Shown here one piece after another: positions 62,312 through 64,000 of a DNA stretch of 64,000 bases. The notes under the pieces are model-generated. The model was not told the origin of the DNA. It saw only the letters and a program-made list of their open reading frames with translations, and did not search any database. Source of the DNA: Podarcis filfolensis (Eukaryota). The stretch lies in the NCBI GenBank assembly GCA_964270895.1, contig OZ185435.1. The stretch is one strand, 5' to 3'. The position numbers and the translations under genes were made by a program. Positions within the stretch are counted from its first letter, which is position 1. Every line of letters begins with the position of its first letter.

Positions 62312-63485
62312 CTGAAACAAGACCAAAGTGGAGAAACAGCCGGTAGCTTCATTTTGACATAACTTTTTCTGCATATTATTTCATTAGTGCACATGGCAAA
62401 GAAAAATGTTAATCATGCTGTCATTGTTAAACACACATGCTCGTGGGTGTTTTAACTCTTTGGCTAGACTATCCAACTTTGTTACAGAAGCAGCCAAGAG
62501 GAAAATAGTATTTCCACTCCAGGACAAAGGAGGGCTAACTCAAATAGCTTTCATTTCAGAAGGTGCTGTTTTACCATTCAGAACCAGCATAATCATACAA
62601 ATCTGTATTCAATATGTACAGCCAGTCCACATGTCTGGTAAGGATAGGCATAGGACAAGTATGGGCTGTGCACCATGCTCATTACAGGGTTGTATTGGGG
62701 GGAAAGGTACCTTCCTCAACTATAGCTTTGACCTAAAACATCAAACTAGAAGCACTTGCCTATATTCTATGGACAATAATTAAAGGCACATCTGCATTGC
62801 TTCTTGCTTACAGCATGTTTGTTGCATGCTTCTTCCTGTCTTAGAAGCATATTCTATATCTTAATAACAAAGTGCTGATGTGTTTGCAGGTATGCACAGG
62901 TTTGGTTGGATTTCCAGAATACAAAGTTCTGCTCCCTTTCAACGTTCTGAACATTCATCGCATTGGGATCCCATCTTTTATTAAAGGGTTGCGCAACTGT
63001 GCAAAGTGTAGGTAGAGAAACCCTGAAAAAATTAACCCTTTAAACTGAGTCAAGTTGAGAACAGAGTGGAAGAGGGACAGAGCAGGCGAGGTAAGAAGGA
63101 CACAACATGTTCCATGCATGGGTGAGTCACAATATTCCATGTAGGGGACTTCATCAACACAAATTTGTGGTGCAGTAAGTTGAGGTGGAGAAAACGTGCC
63201 TGTCTTCAGACTAGTGCCATTTTCAACAAGGCAATGCCATGCCCACACAGATCCCCAGATGCTTACAGAGCAGGTTACTCAGGTCAAATGCACGTGCATT
63301 CAGTTTGCACTGACCTGCAGCAAATATCTAGGCAGACAAAGCCTCCATCTTTTTTGATGTTCATAGGAAAAGCAAAAGAGCAAGGATTACTCTTCTTCAC
63401 CTTTGTTATTTGAAAAAAAGGGCCAAAATATACTAGGCACTGTACATAAATGAAAATACACAGGTCCTTGGCCACAGACACAGAG

Positions 63486-63684
63486 GGTCGTATTCAACGT
63501 AGCATTAAAGGGAACATTCCATCCACACATCTTGTTCTCCCAGCAGTCCCTAAATCTGTCCTGGGGGTTCCCCCAACCCTCCAGAGCAGATTTGGGGGTA
63601 GTGCAGGGAAATGCAAAGGGGGGCAGATCCTGTTGTACTGGTGCTAATCCTTGCACTAGAGCAAAAATTTCATTGAATACAATC
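63486..63684. mobile_element. MITE family C
   Basis: Inverted ends GTATTCAA / TTGAATAC; interior ctgggggttccccaaccctccagagcagatttgggg. Confidence 0.65.
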
Positions 63685-64000
63685 TTTAATCAAGAAACTA
63701 AAATAGATTTAGTGAACTTAAAAGGCAGGTCTGTTTCCACTATGATACCAAGAAGCCATTTACTCCATGGCAAAATGGTACAAGTACCCACTTATAAACT
63801 TTAAAGCTATTTCTTTTCTGCTGGCATAGTTGAAAACAATTTCTCCCTGACCTATTGCTGCATCTCTTCTTGCTCATTCTAATGTATAGTCCAGTTCTGT
63901 TCTGTTTATGACCTACCAATAAAACATACCAGCCACATAGCACAGCCTACCAAGGTCCTCCTGATTTTGATTATTGTAGGGCACAAGTTGTGCATGTCTG

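Noticed and set aside
132-63943. The many 60-155 aa ORFs in the track
   Set aside because: Apart from those overlapping true exons or L2, they show no motif or homology I recognise, and their lengths fit chance in intronic DNA.
1-64000. A wholly new system, second gene, CRISPR array, viral insert or structural RNA gene
   Set aside because: Nothing recognisable. All convincing coding signal belongs to KIAA1549L or to LINE remnants, and the tRNA-like boxes are SINE heads.

Overview
Vertebrate genomic DNA, most likely a lacertid lizard; this is inferred from a Sauria-type SINE and other squamate-type repeats, not from a database match. The window holds the 3' two-thirds of one minus-strand gene, KIAA1549L (UPF0606 family single-pass membrane protein). 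I traced 15 coding exons from 62311 down to the stop at 1470. All have GT-AG boundaries and consistent phases, totalling 2592 nt (863 aa plus stop), followed by 3'UTR (1-1469). The upstream exons lie beyond 64000. Introns carry hAT and Tc1/mariner MITEs (several with readable TIRs and target-site duplications), tRNA-headed SINEs, CR1 and L2 LINE remnants and microsatellites. I found no second gene, RNA gene, CRISPR array or viral insert, and I cannot support a wholly new biological system. The best leads are unproven: candidate alternative-splicing events (a 9/15-nt microexon, a GC-donor poison exon, an in-frame 30-nt alternative acceptor), the receptor-like motif set of this poorly characterised protein, and two candidate TALE-homeodomain enhancer sites. 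Repeat family names are from recall and need RepeatMasker/Dfam confirmation.
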